Positions 25,990 to 38,700 of a DNA stretch of 64,000 nucleotides are shown in pieces. The notes under the pieces are model-generated. The model saw only the letters and a program-made list of their open reading frames with translations. It ran no database searches and was not told where the DNA came from. Source of the stretch: Paragordius varius. Taxonomy: Eukaryota; Animalia; Nematomorpha. Where the stretch lies: NCBI GenBank assembly GCA_964247055.1, contig OZ176053.1, positions 7,564,001-7,628,000 of the forward strand, in the 5' to 3' direction. Within the stretch, counting starts at the first letter, position 1. The number at the start of each line of letters is the position of its first letter. The translations under genes and the position numbers were made by a program.

Positions 25990-27340
25990 CTAATGATCTC
26001 TGTGTCAGTCGTAATTTTGCCACAGGTAGAGTATGGGTGTTTTTAGAATTTTTGTTGTTGTTGAGCTTGTAGTCGGTTGTCGGCCATTAGCGATTTTTAG
26101 GAAAACCATCCACTCGGTTCTGTCGTGGGCTTTTTGAAATAGTTTTTGCAGTGACATTTTGGAAAGTGATAAGATTTCGTCTATCCAACGAATACGTCTT
26201 CGTCTTCTTCCTCTCTTGCCATTACTTTTCCTAACATAAATATCCTTTTCCAAAAAATGACTGAATTTTTATTTTATTACTTTACCCTGAAGCGTTGTTT
26301 GTGCGTTGCTTTTTTTAAGATGTCCTTGTTCTTTATTTTGTCCATCCATGTTATATCAAGTATTTTTCTCCAGCAAAACATTTGAAAAGCATTTATTATT
26401 TTCTCGTCTTCACCTTTAATAGTCTAGCTTTCACATCCGTATAACATGATAGGAAATATTAATGCGTTTATTAGTCGGATTTTTGTTTTTTAATTTAAGT
26501 CTCTTGTAGTGTTCAGCTAGAGCGCATTTGGCGATAGCTATGCGTCTTTTTATGGGAACTGGAGCTTGAATCGTTGATCATGCTTCCGACCACTTGAATT
26601 GTTGATAGCTTCCGACCATTTAAATTGTTTCGTTTTAAATCCAAAGTAAGTCATAGAAATGAGGGGAGTTGATTAGTTTGTTGAGGTTTAATATTAGATT
26701 GTAATAGCACTGATTTATAAAAGTTCCGAGGCTGTTTTCAAGGCTTGTATGTGAATTGCCAACCGTCTCGTCTACGTAGTGGAGAGTCGCCAGGGTGTGA
26801 CCACTTTATTCCTGGCAGATTTAGATCCCTTATAATGCATTTCAAATAAATATTGAACAACATGGGGGATGAAATGCAGCCTTGACGCAGACCTATGTTC
26901 ATTGGGCTCCAGGAAATCGGACCATGCGGGGTGAGTGATAGCTTGGAGTTGGAGTATATGGAATTAATTGGTTTGATTATATCGCAAACTCCTATTTGTT
27001 TAAGGGCTTCCAGAGAACATGTTGAAGGGTATCGAAGGCTTTAGAGAAATCCACGAAGTATAGGTGTGGCTCATTTTGGAATTCACTGTTTTTTTCCATT
27101 ATCCATCTAATGAGATCATGTCTCGACACTTTTTCTCTAAAGCCTGCCTGTGTCATTGAGATTCCGGGTTGGCATATGTTTGTAGAGGATTTTGTATTAA
27201 TTTTAAAAATTTGAGGTTTGGTTGACTAATGCTATTGTGCGGTAGTTTTCACATAATTTAGGATCGCCCTTTTTAAATATCGGGACCACGGATGATTTGT
27301 TCCAGTCTGCCGGGGATGCTGCCTCATCCAAACACTAATT
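25990..27340 (-). mobile_element. RTE LINE remnant
   Basis: Minus strand PADWNKSSVVPIFKKGDPKLCENYRTIALV, FVDFSKAFD, LRQGCISSP..FNIY, AFQMFCWRKILDITW, GKRGRRRRRIRWIDEI (ORF 26005-26253). Confidence 0.85.
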
Positions 27341-27344
27341 TTAA

Positions 27345-28330
27345 ACAATACTTAAAGCAAGTGAACCGTATTTTAATCGCTAAAAACATTACTCCAAATG
27401 ATGAAATATTAAAAAACTTATTCCTTGTGTATGCAAGACTCAGGACAATCTCGAAACTGGAAAATTAAGCATTCCCAACCAAAATAGAGGATATGACATG
27501 GTCAAATTCAAAAATTGGCATTTGAAATCTTTGCCCCTGATAAAAGTATATGGCTGAACCGAAAGAAATTCTTCAAAACAATAAAAGCGAATCGATCATG
27601 AGTTATGCTGAAAGACTAAAAGTGATCGCAGACGATTGAGATTTTGGAGGCAATATAGCATACCTATTAAGAGATGTTTTCTTAATAGGAATAAATATCT
27701 AAATCCTAGAAAGAGAATTACATATAAGATTTCCCATGTGTCTTTACAGATGATAGTAGACATGGCAATATCCCTCGAGTTGATTCTGTCAAAAGTGTTT
27801 ATTAAGATCCAACAAGAAAGAATTATGGAAAAGAGATTGTCAACAATGTGGCAAGCGACATTCGATCGAGAGATGTGATGCAAATGGTCAACGTTGCCAC
27901 AAGTGTGGTAAATACAATCATTTTACCAAGTACTGTCGTACCAAGTATTGTCGTAAGCAAGGTGTTCGTTTAGTAACATATTCAATTGGGATGGGTCCAA
28001 CAATAACCGTGCAACTAAACGGAATAGAAACAACAATGTTATTTGACACAGGTGCTGATGTAGCGGTTATAAATGACAGATGCGGGACAATAGGACAACC
28101 ACGACTAGACATAGCACAGAGACTGTCGGCGCACAATAACGAAACGATTCCGACCATCGGTAAAACAGAGTTAAGCGTAACAATGAATGGTATTACAAAA
28201 AACCTTGAAGTTTTGTAACCAAGGCACATCGACCATTATTTTTGGTTTCCATTGGAGCATTTGAATTAAATTAACTAATAATGTGATGATTAATTATAAT
28301 TAAAGTTAACTAAAATAACTTACAAAACTG
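27345..28330 (+). mobile_element. Second Gypsy remnant (gag + protease), related to 5481-10275
   Basis: LIAKNITPNDEILKNLFLVYARLRTISKLEN.AFPTKIEDMTW parallels the first element's gag; Zn-knuckle remnants; protease TVQLNGIETTMLFDTGADVAVI (27991-28218). Confidence 0.8.
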
Positions 28331-28934
28331 TAGTTTAATTACAAAATTGAGCTTTGGGATATAAAACATCAAAAGGTAAACTACAAAAAAGTGAAAAAGT
28401 TATGATGTGTTAATATACACAGTGGACAAAATCGGGAGGCATGAAAGAATATCTTGATGAAAATATATTCTGATAAAAAAATATATCAGGATTATTATGG
28501 TGCTTTTGGTTTTGGCCCTTACGCGTGATATCAGAAAGTTATTTAGACTTATTTGCTAAGTGCTCCATATCAGGGATTGTCAAAATATCACATATTTTGC
28601 AATAAATTTTTTTTGATGAAAGCAAATATTTTAATTTTTAGGTGGGGGCTTCAAAAGTCCTAAATTTTTTTGCTTTCCTTAAACGGGCTGGTTTCATAAT
28701 ACACGCAAAAATGCCGAAATTTCGCAAAAAAATTAAGATATAAGTTAAATTTTGACATAAAAAAAATATTTTTTTAAAAAAGCATACTTAAAAATTTAAT
28801 TTAAAATTTTGTTGAAGTGTACTTTCTGCTATTTTTAGGCATGATGGAAACGGTATAATATCGCTTTTAAATATTATTACTCTTCCTAGAAAATTTGATA
28901 ATGCCAAAGATTACAATCGCTTTAAAATTTCATT

Positions 28935-31486
28935 CAGCTCGATTTAAATTGGGGTATCTAATACCCCAGACCATTTTTATATTAGTATTCTTAAAAAACT
29001 ACCCAATAGAATCGTCCTAATTTAAATTTATTCTTCTATCCCAATATAAATTATCATTAAACCAAAATATCTAAATAAAATTACGTTTTAAAAAAAATTC
29101 ACATCTCGAATTGGCGCCATAATTATTTTTGAATTTTTTTACCAGAAAAGATATCATTTATAATACTTTCCGTTACGAAGCATTTATATTGTTATGAAAG
29201 AATATTTAGATAATTTTAATAGCACCAGAGATTATTCGAGCGATAATGTGGATATGGCTTCTCATCTTAGAAATCTGTAAAAAAATTATTTAGTTTTTAA
29301 TATAACGGTAAATCTAGCTTATCCAAATCATATGTTTGGATTAAACACTTAAATCCTACAAAAATCAAAATATCTAATGTTATTTTTATCCTCAGGCCCA
29401 AATCAATTATCCAATTATAACATTGAATTCTTTCATAACTAATAACATAAAATTTTGATTATAAAGCTTGGATTAAAAAACTAACAAAAAATCTTAACAA
29501 AATCATTTTTCAGTTTTAGAAAAGTTAATAATTTCGGAACGCAATAATATTAATTTGCCAAAAAGGTATATACGTTTATATACAAAGTGCTATTTGTGTC
29601 CAAGATCTTAAAAAATCCGAATATTTTGCCAAGTATGCCGAAATCCGGTGAGAAACCACAGAAAAACCATCATTTATTGAAATAGTTGTTAAATAATTAT
29701 TTTTGCTTTTTTGTATATTATGTAAAACGTTAATAAATAAGTATTCGCAGGATAACATGTTTGATAACTAGAAATTTTTTCTGAACTTGAGCACATAATC
29801 AAAACATCTAGATCTCTCCTATGAAAATAATCTAAATAAATTAGTTTTTTATTTTAGATACATTTACCGATCATCCTACATCGGAATCCGTTGTGATATA
29901 GAACAATACTAAATATAAGTGGTACTTACCGTAACTAACGGGCCGAATAAATTGTTTTTTTCAAGGGCCACAAAATAATACCGATAAATATTACTTCAGG
30001 GGCGTACCGAGAGGGGGGGGGGCAAGGGGGTGTATCATGCCCCGGGCGGAGTTATTTAGGGGCGCCTAAATGATTTTTTTAAAATCAAATTTTAATTATA
30101 CAAAATTAATAAGAACTTTCAAATGAGATTTTTCATAGGTAATAATCCATATAATATATACTCTATTATTCACTTAATTAGTACTACTGAATAAGTTTAG
30201 CATTATATAATTATTTAATAGATTTAAAATTTATATGACTGTGCTGTCTTATCAATGGTGTTTGCAACGTTTGTATTCTTTTTTACTAAATTGTTTTAGG
30301 GGCTTTTAAAAATAAGGGGGGAGGGACTCCATAAAAGTTTTATGCCCCGGGCACCGCAAATGCTCGGTACGCCACTGAGCTTCTAAATCTATACTCAGAA
30401 ATCTTTTGCTGATTATACACAAATAGTTTGAGCATTATGGCATATTTTAATATTAATCAATGATATTTGACAAATCCGATTATAATAACAGGCCACTCAA
30501 ACCTAATATCTCTATGTGTTCCATAAATTTTTTAAATATGCCGCCTTGATGTAAGTTGTGATAAAACAAGGATAACTTCAGCACATTATATAATTAATAT
30601 TGGCCAAAACTCTATAGAGCCTTATCTTCAATTTTTAAGTATTTCTTGTATTGAAATCATTATAATCGAATGTCAACGAAATGCGTATGATCACAGCCAC
30701 ATCAGTTTTAAGTAAATGTCTAAGATTGCGAAAAAGTTGTATTAAGCTAAAACAAAAAAACAATTTAATAATTAATGTTTTTAAAAAAATTTAAGAGCCG
30801 CATGACTGTTAACCGCGGTTTGAGTTTCACCGATCTAAATAATAGACGATTTATTTCTAGTAGGTAAGAATCAAATTTTGTGTTATTTTAAAAGATGGTT
30901 ATAGGATTAAAGATTCATAACTGGATATAAAGCAATTATGTGTTAAACGATATAGTAGATTGGTAGATTAATTATTCTGGGAGATCAAGATTTAATATTT
31001 ATCAATTTTGTTCACCTGTTGACAGAACCATCTTCGTAAATATGATGATTCCGTTTCTATATAATATTAATGCTATAAATTTGAATATAAAATTTACTTA
31101 ATTGAGGGATGTTTAGCAAATCTCTTTATAAAACCGATAAGAATATGTTGTTTCTTGAGATAAAATAATTGTCAAATATTTTATAAGAATATTTTAATAT
31201 ATATTTTTAAAAGACTATAAAGTAAAATAATTTACTTTTACGTTTTCTTTTCTTTTATTACGATGCTAAACATAAATAATAGATATTTGTAATTCGATTG
31301 TCTGAAGCATGTTTAGATTTTATTATGTAAATTCATGTAATGTTAATTAGGGATTAATAAATAATTGAGCGATAGAACTTTACAACAATAAGTGTTTAGT
31401 AAATTTGCTTTTCAAAGGCGTGAGATATACAACTACCCCATTTTGAATCTAAGGACTGAAATGAATGTGTTGTTTTTATCCGAGTG
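28935..31486. mobile_element. piggyBac-like left end (~28935-29130) and right end (~31400-31486); possibly one 2.5-kb derivative
   Basis: Both ends are homologous to the ends of 32115-32682; the interior is not recognisable. Confidence 0.4.
29997..30377. mobile_element. hAT-type MITE
   Basis: 15-bp TIR CAGGGGCGTACCGAG / CTCGGTACGCCACTG with subterminal GCCCCGGGC motifs; no intact 8-bp TSD. Confidence 0.7.
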
Positions 31487-32114
31487 TTTAAGATTCGCTA
31501 CTTTAAATTTTCAGTGAATTTTATATAAAAACACCATTCATATTTGACATAATTAAGACAAACGAAGTAATGAATCAAAATTCTGAGGTGATAGAAATGT
31601 TCAGCATCATCAAATTATATGAAAAAAGGTTATATACAATATCTAAAAGCATTAATATACCGTTTTCATCATGCCTAAAAATAGCAGAAAGTAAGCTTCA
31701 ACAAAATTTTAAATTTGTTAAAATTTAGCATATTTAAAATTTTTATTGCGCACGGCTTTTTCGTTTATTTTAAAAGAAATAGTAAATTTTTAAAAGAGCA
31801 AAAAAATTGGGACTTTTGGAGCGCATAGCTAAAAATTAAAATATTTTAAAAAATCTTTTTTTTGCTTTTTTTAAGTATAAGATATATTTAAGTGGTATTT
31901 TTTGGAATGAAGCATTTAGCTTTTATTGCTTAAAATTTATTACAAAAAATGTGGTCAAATTTTGCCATTTTCGGATAGGGATCGCTTACCATAAAAGAGT
32001 AAATACTTTCTATATCGCTTTTAAGCCCTAAAACTAAGACAATGAGATTCCTGATGCATTTTTCTATCGGAATATATATATTCTACATAATATTTTTTTG
32101 TGTTTGTATAGTAA

Positions 32115-32682
32115 CACTTCGATTCAAATAGGGTAACTAAATCCCCTTGACTAAATTTTAGTTACGATTTTTAAAAAACTACTGAAGGAAAGGGTCCCAA
32201 TTTAAATTTAAGCTTCTATCTTAATAAAAATTATATAAATGTGCCAAATAAATAAAATTTTGTTTTGAAAAAAAAAGTTCCATGTCAAACTACTTCGGCG
32301 CCATTTTTATTTTACAAAAGTGTTGCAAAATATCGTCTAGATTTACTTTTAAGGATAAAATAAAAGCTAATTTATTATTTAAATTACATCTTACATCGAT
32401 AGAAATATAAAAAGTGGTTTATTTTGTATTATTTTTTTAATTACCATACACATGTCACGTTGACTAAACTTTTGCCTTTCGGTTTTAGCTTAAAATAAGT
32501 AATATTAAATATTTTTGAATAAAATTTTTTTATATATTTCGGTTTATTTATGTTATATAAGTGCAATGCCATGGTTTTGATTCGATTCCATATTTTTTTA
32601 AATTATTTTTTAAACAGGCCTGGGGTATTTAACTACCCCAATTTGAATCGAAGGACTAAAACGAATGTGTTGTATCCAAGCG
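32115..32682. mobile_element. piggyBac-like non-autonomous element ending 73 bp upstream of the REEP ATG
   Basis: Degenerate TTAA-like flanks, termini CACTT/AAG(C/T)G, and an internal ~30-bp IR (ttcgattcaaat.ggggta.ttaaat.cccc) with an asymmetric spacer at the right end as in piggyBac. Second copy at 55280-55845. Confidence 0.6.
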
Positions 32683-32754
32683 TTATATGAAACATAAGAA
32701 ACAATTTACAGTTTAATCAATATGATCTTGTAACAGTCCAATTCAAAAATTGTG

Positions 32755-35700
32755 ATGTTATCAGCATTTTTATCCAGAATTATAATGTAAATTTGATAAT
32801 TTTTATAATTTAGACTTGTTTTTGGCACTCTTTATCCAGCTTATGCTTCATATAAAGCAGTGAAAACCAAAAATCTTAAAGAATATGTAAGTCTTAATTA
32901 ATTATTTGTGTTTGAGTTGAAATGCAATAAACAATATTTTTATTCTTTTATCCTTATTATAATAACTATCTTAATTTTTAATTTATCTTGCCTAATAATT
33001 GTCTTAAAACATTTATGTAACGAATATATTATTAATATATTTTTCTAGATAAAAATCATTTTAAAATTATTTTACAATAAATTTCTTTATATAATTATTT
33101 TTGTATAATTTAGGTGAAGTGGATGATGTATTGGATCGTATTTGCTCTCTTTATTTGTGTCGAAACTTTTGCCGACATTTTACTGGCTTTTTGGTATTTT
33201 ACCATATTAAATTAATAAGATATATTTGCCTAATTTTTCATATATAACAATAGCTATATCTTAATTAATATCTTAATTATTTTTTTTCATTTACATAAAA
33301 TAAATTATTTAATATAATACGGAAGAACAAATTAATTATAGTTTTATATTTTATCCGCCCTTTTAGTGACAATCATCAACAATTATCTAAATATATATTT
33401 GACAAATTTATTATGCGCTTAGAAAAATGTATTTTTTGATATTCAATTTTATTATAAGAGTAAATTATATACCGTATTAATTTTCATAATCAATTATTAT
33501 TAATTATAATATATGTTAAAAGTTTAAAAATCAATATAATTTTTTAAACATTAAAGCATATTTTTATATATCTACTTTTATATCATTTAAGAAATACCAT
33601 ATGTTGGTTGTAATTTATTCCAGTACATGTAAATAAATTTAAATATTATCGATCTAATAAAATTAAAAATAAAATTTATACTTATAAACGATGAATAATA
33701 TTTAATAAATAACAAAGTGTAACGCCAACTTGTCTTATGAATTCAAGAAAAATTTAAATGAATATTTACTTAGAGACAAAGATCTTGTTTCATTATTAAC
33801 TCCTAAATGGATAGTTCCATGAACCAAAAAACAATATTATTTTAAAAATTCTTCCAAATTATGATAATAGCATTTAGAGTTAACTGTACATATAAAATAT
33901 ATCCACATAACTGTTATTTGCAAGTAAAAGGAGCATTTTCAACTATTAACATTTTTAAAAATATTTTGGAACTAAATTTATAAGCCACTGCATAGGCTAA
34001 AAGTTAGCCCAATATCATTATTTTTATCATTCATATTACTCTAGGGTAGCCAAATAATATTTTTTAAATATGAATAATAATAATAGGATGCCATTGTACT
34101 ATGAAATCAAAATAATTTTCCTCTTTTGGTTACTATCACCGTGGACAAAAGGTTCGAGTTGCTTGTACAGAAAATTCGTTCACCCTGAATTATCCAAACG
34201 TGAAAGGGTTATTAAACTTTTTTTAACTAAAGACTTATTTAATATTTATATAAATATACTTAAAATTTACTAAAGATTATTGTTAGGCACTCTTTATACA
34301 AATTTATTACATAAAATATGTATATTTTTGTTTGGTTATATTTATAAATTAATATAATTCACAAAGTTTTGTCCATATACATATATATACCAAAATTCTT
34401 ATTTATGTTTAATCCATAAATTTTGTAAAATCTATTAAAATTATATGACATTATAAATCAAAGTACAATAGTACTGTTCTGTTTTTCCCAATGAGTTTTC
34501 CTTAATTATCAATTAATTTAATATTATATTGGTTAAAGATAAACTTTATTTTGAAAAAATTATAGGCAATAAATTTAGGAAATATTTTTATGTTGTTTAA
34601 GTTATTAACCTAATTATTTATCATATCATAACACTAGACAACAAATTTTTCTGCCACTCGAGTTTTTTGCATTTTCTGATATTTAGTATCATTTTAACAG
34701 TAAATCTGAAATAAAAATTTAAACTCGATGGAAGAATTTTGTATAAATTGATTTTTTTGATTATGCGCCCTCTTTATCAAAATTTTACTAAAAAATGTTT
34801 TTCTATGAAAATATACAAGTAATGCCCATTTGTAATATATCATTCGAAAGAGTATTAAAAACTCTATAAAATGCATACTAATATGTATTACATCGACAGT
34901 TAATATTGGACACAAAGAGCGACAAACGCGCGAAGCGAGAGCATTTTTTTTAATTATTATATTTTTAAAACTAATGGATGAAAATAGTTCAAACTTTGTT
35001 TAGATGGAGATGAATGTCCAAAAAAGATAACGCAAGAAAGTTTTTTTTGATTAAAACATTTTTTATTGCTTTTATGTCACTCAAAACAGCTATTTTTAAG
35101 TTTTTAGTTTTTTAAAAAATACCATCTCATCAATATTAATTTATTTTCTTTACAAGGCTGATAATTCTGAAATTTTAAAGATAAAAACAAAGTTTAAGGT
35201 ATTTTTGATCTTTTATAGCCATTATGTAATAAATTTACAGTTATAACTATGCATTTTAGTATCCACTAGATAAAATATTCATGATAATAATAATTTTTAT
35301 TAAAAAAGCAAACCAAAAGCTTTTAAAAAATTTTTTTAAATTAAATACTAATATAACCCTAATAGTTATATTAAAATAATTTATATGATTTTCAAATTAG
35401 TTTGTCTGTGAAAATTCTTGATTTATTTAAGGATTGAAAATTTCGACCATTTAAATCCAAATAACTTTTACATCCCATTGAATTAAATGACTTACTACCA
35501 TTTAAAAGATTCGGTTTTTTGCGCTCTTTCGAATGATATAAAATACATGGCTTCATATCTAAAACTTTAAATTTTCGAAATTTCGAGTTTAATGTTAAAT
35601 CGGGGCCAAAAATTATCGATAAACTCTAATATAAAAAAATTCTTCCATGCTAGACCAATTTTCTTTTCAGATATACTAATTATGTACTTTAATGAAATAA

Positions 35701-38700
35701 ATTTTAAATTTACAAGAATGGCAGTTAAAAAAAGTTAAAATTTGTTGTCTAGTGTAATCACTGATAAATATTTTTTTAATTTTTTACTTTTTTTATTAAT
35801 TTATTTTATCTATGATATTTTAACAATAAAACGTGTTTATATTATATTAGTGAATTATATTTTGAGATATTTAACATTTTTTATTATATTTAAATTATTT
35901 ATGTAGGTGGTATATATATAACTATATTTGTCATAGCGAACGTTTTTGGCTCAAATTCAAAAAACATACACCTCTATAAATACATATTAATGCATTTTTA
36001 TCAGTTTGAATATGATTTTTATTATCAAAATTAAAACTATATATATTAATCATAATTTGTTTTATTTTTCTAATAACAAGTTTTTTATTATAAAAACTAA
36101 TGTGATTTTACATTTTATGAAAATTATAAACATTAAAAGTATAATATTTAGAAGAAAACCATATACAGTATGCATCACATTAATGTTAGCTAATTGGCAC
36201 ATTAGCATATGGGTAAAAAGAACAAATGGCTGAACTATCTCACAACATTAATAAATTCTATTTAATTATGGACAAAAGTTATTTAATATCATACGTTACT
36301 GTATTATCAATTGGCCAACATTAATGTGCACACTTTATAATCATTATTAATTTCTCGTTTTGAGTTGCGACAGAATAGAATTAACATATTCACTTTTTAA
36401 CAAGTTCAAGGATAAAAGGTCTGTTTATTCTTGATTTTAAAAAATTTATTCTTTTACTATATATGTCGTGTCTACAATTTTAATTTTTACTGTATAATGA
36501 AAATTTGATATCCATATTACTTGATTAGGATATTGATGATATGGTAGCAAAAGCCAGGGCCCAAGGATATTCCACTCTAGTCAATTATGGGGCCAAAGGA
36601 TTAACTCTGGCATCGAAATTCGTCGCAGAGATTGCTATTAAAGTTTATTATAAAATTTTATTTTGATTTTGTTATGGGGGTTATCCAGAAACTTATATTC
36701 TCAAATAAAGTAGAAATTTTTTAGATTTAAACATCGATTTGTTTAAGGAACTTTTAAGTTATAATATTTTAGGGTAATTAATTTAAGTTATTAACAATAT
36801 AGCTAAATAAATTGAAATTTTCGGTAAATAATTCTGTTTGCATAGCATATGGGTTATAATTAACCTAAAAATGGCGTATCCTTATTAGTTTAAAAAAATG
36901 TGTTTTAAATTGTCAAAATCAATTTTCCAAGCCAATCCTGATATGCCTTTTTCTTTATTTATTAGTCAAGATAATTAGATTTGCAAATATTTTTCCTTCT
37001 GAAATTGGTTAATATACTACTTTGCCTTTATTATAATTTTTTTCAAAGGAAATTACTAAATAAATGGTTTTCACCATTACGCCTGAATATATATGTTGCA
37101 AAGTTTTATTATGATTTGCCGTTACATTAACGGTAACCTTTTTTATTTTCTTATATAAATGTACTATAATAGTGAAATAAGCCATAAAATACATGATAAT
37201 GCAATGCAAAAGAATCCCCTCTCTATTTTTAATGAAAATTCAAAATATTTTATGATTGTTTTTACCTTGCTTTATGGAATATAACAGTATATACCTAACT
37301 TTAATTAGAAAGATGTAAATACCTATGAATGGATTGTCTTAACCCCTTAAAAATATTTATTATCGTATTTTTGCATTTTACAGGGTCAATACACACTTAT
37401 GAATCAATTGCGAAAGAGTCAATCTTTAAATGATATTTCACCACATCATGGTCATTACTTGGAGGATGTTGAAACAGATGAGAATGCAAATGGAGAGGGC
37501 ATGTTTATTAGCAAATCTTTGAAGAAAAATAGTCCCTTTAAATCGGCCAATACTCATAAAATTGGCTCAAAACAATTATCACTTCCATCTAGTTCAGGCA
37601 ACTATTCTTCTGTAGGATATCATTTACCTCCATTAAATCATAGACCAGATCGCGCATTTTATCGATCTAAAGGTGGTATTATGATTTAAAAATATTGTTT
37701 ACTTTTTGCTTAAAAACATATAGTTTGAAATAAATATGATTTATTCTTGTTACAGATTTATTTGTTATAACTATTTAAAATTTTAATTACTTTTGATTGA
37801 TTCATTCTTAACGCAATATCAATTACTAAAAATATTGATTTCGTAAATATTTAACATAAATTTCACATTTTAGTTTTTTGTATTCCACTTTTTAACAAAT
37901 TAATATTGCCCTCAATGACTGGTGAACTTTTTTAGCATTTTACGCATTCAAATATATATCTATTATGCGGCGGTCATAATATAATATTTAAAACACATGC
38001 TCTATAAGTGTAGGATAAGTTTTTAATTTCAACATGATTTTGTGAAAAAAACTTTTTTCGAAAAATCCACTGACCTCTGCTGTTTAGTTCATATAAGATG
38101 ATCCAATCAACGCCACAGGGATGTAGCAATGAAACTTTGTTTGACCCATTTATTATAATACAAAGAACATATATCATCAGATTTATATATGTTTATTTTT
38201 AGTTAGGTATAGTCAGATTGTAATATATCATTGATTTGTTATCAGTATATTTCTTTTGTTTTTGAAAAGAAGCTTTATCATTTTGTTTTTCCATGAATAG
38301 TGTGTTATGTATAGAAACAAATGTAAATATAAACCTTCAATTAGCCTATATATGGTATTATATGTATTTTAGCTGGTTCTCACACGTATAATAGCAATGT
38401 CGGGCAACAACCAGAGCTCAGCAATACTAAAAATAACCACATAGTTTATTATAGGAAAGGGAGTGCACCACTATCCAACAATGTTTCTGATCCCATTAGT
38501 TTGCTTGACGATGATGATCAAAATGCTGCTTTACAACACATTCTGAACGAGGAGTTAATGGATTCTGATGATTTAATACACGGGGGCACTGTCACTTTTG
38601 ACGATTTTGACAATGAGAAATATCACATAAATAATGGAAATGGAAGGGGTAATAGACCGTATTCATCTTTACGATTGGGCCAGGATCCTATCATTGAAGA

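Noticed and set aside
29219-29280. AG/GT-bounded segment considered as REEP exon 1
   Set aside because: The true exon 1 ([10 protein letters not shown]) is at 32755-32786.
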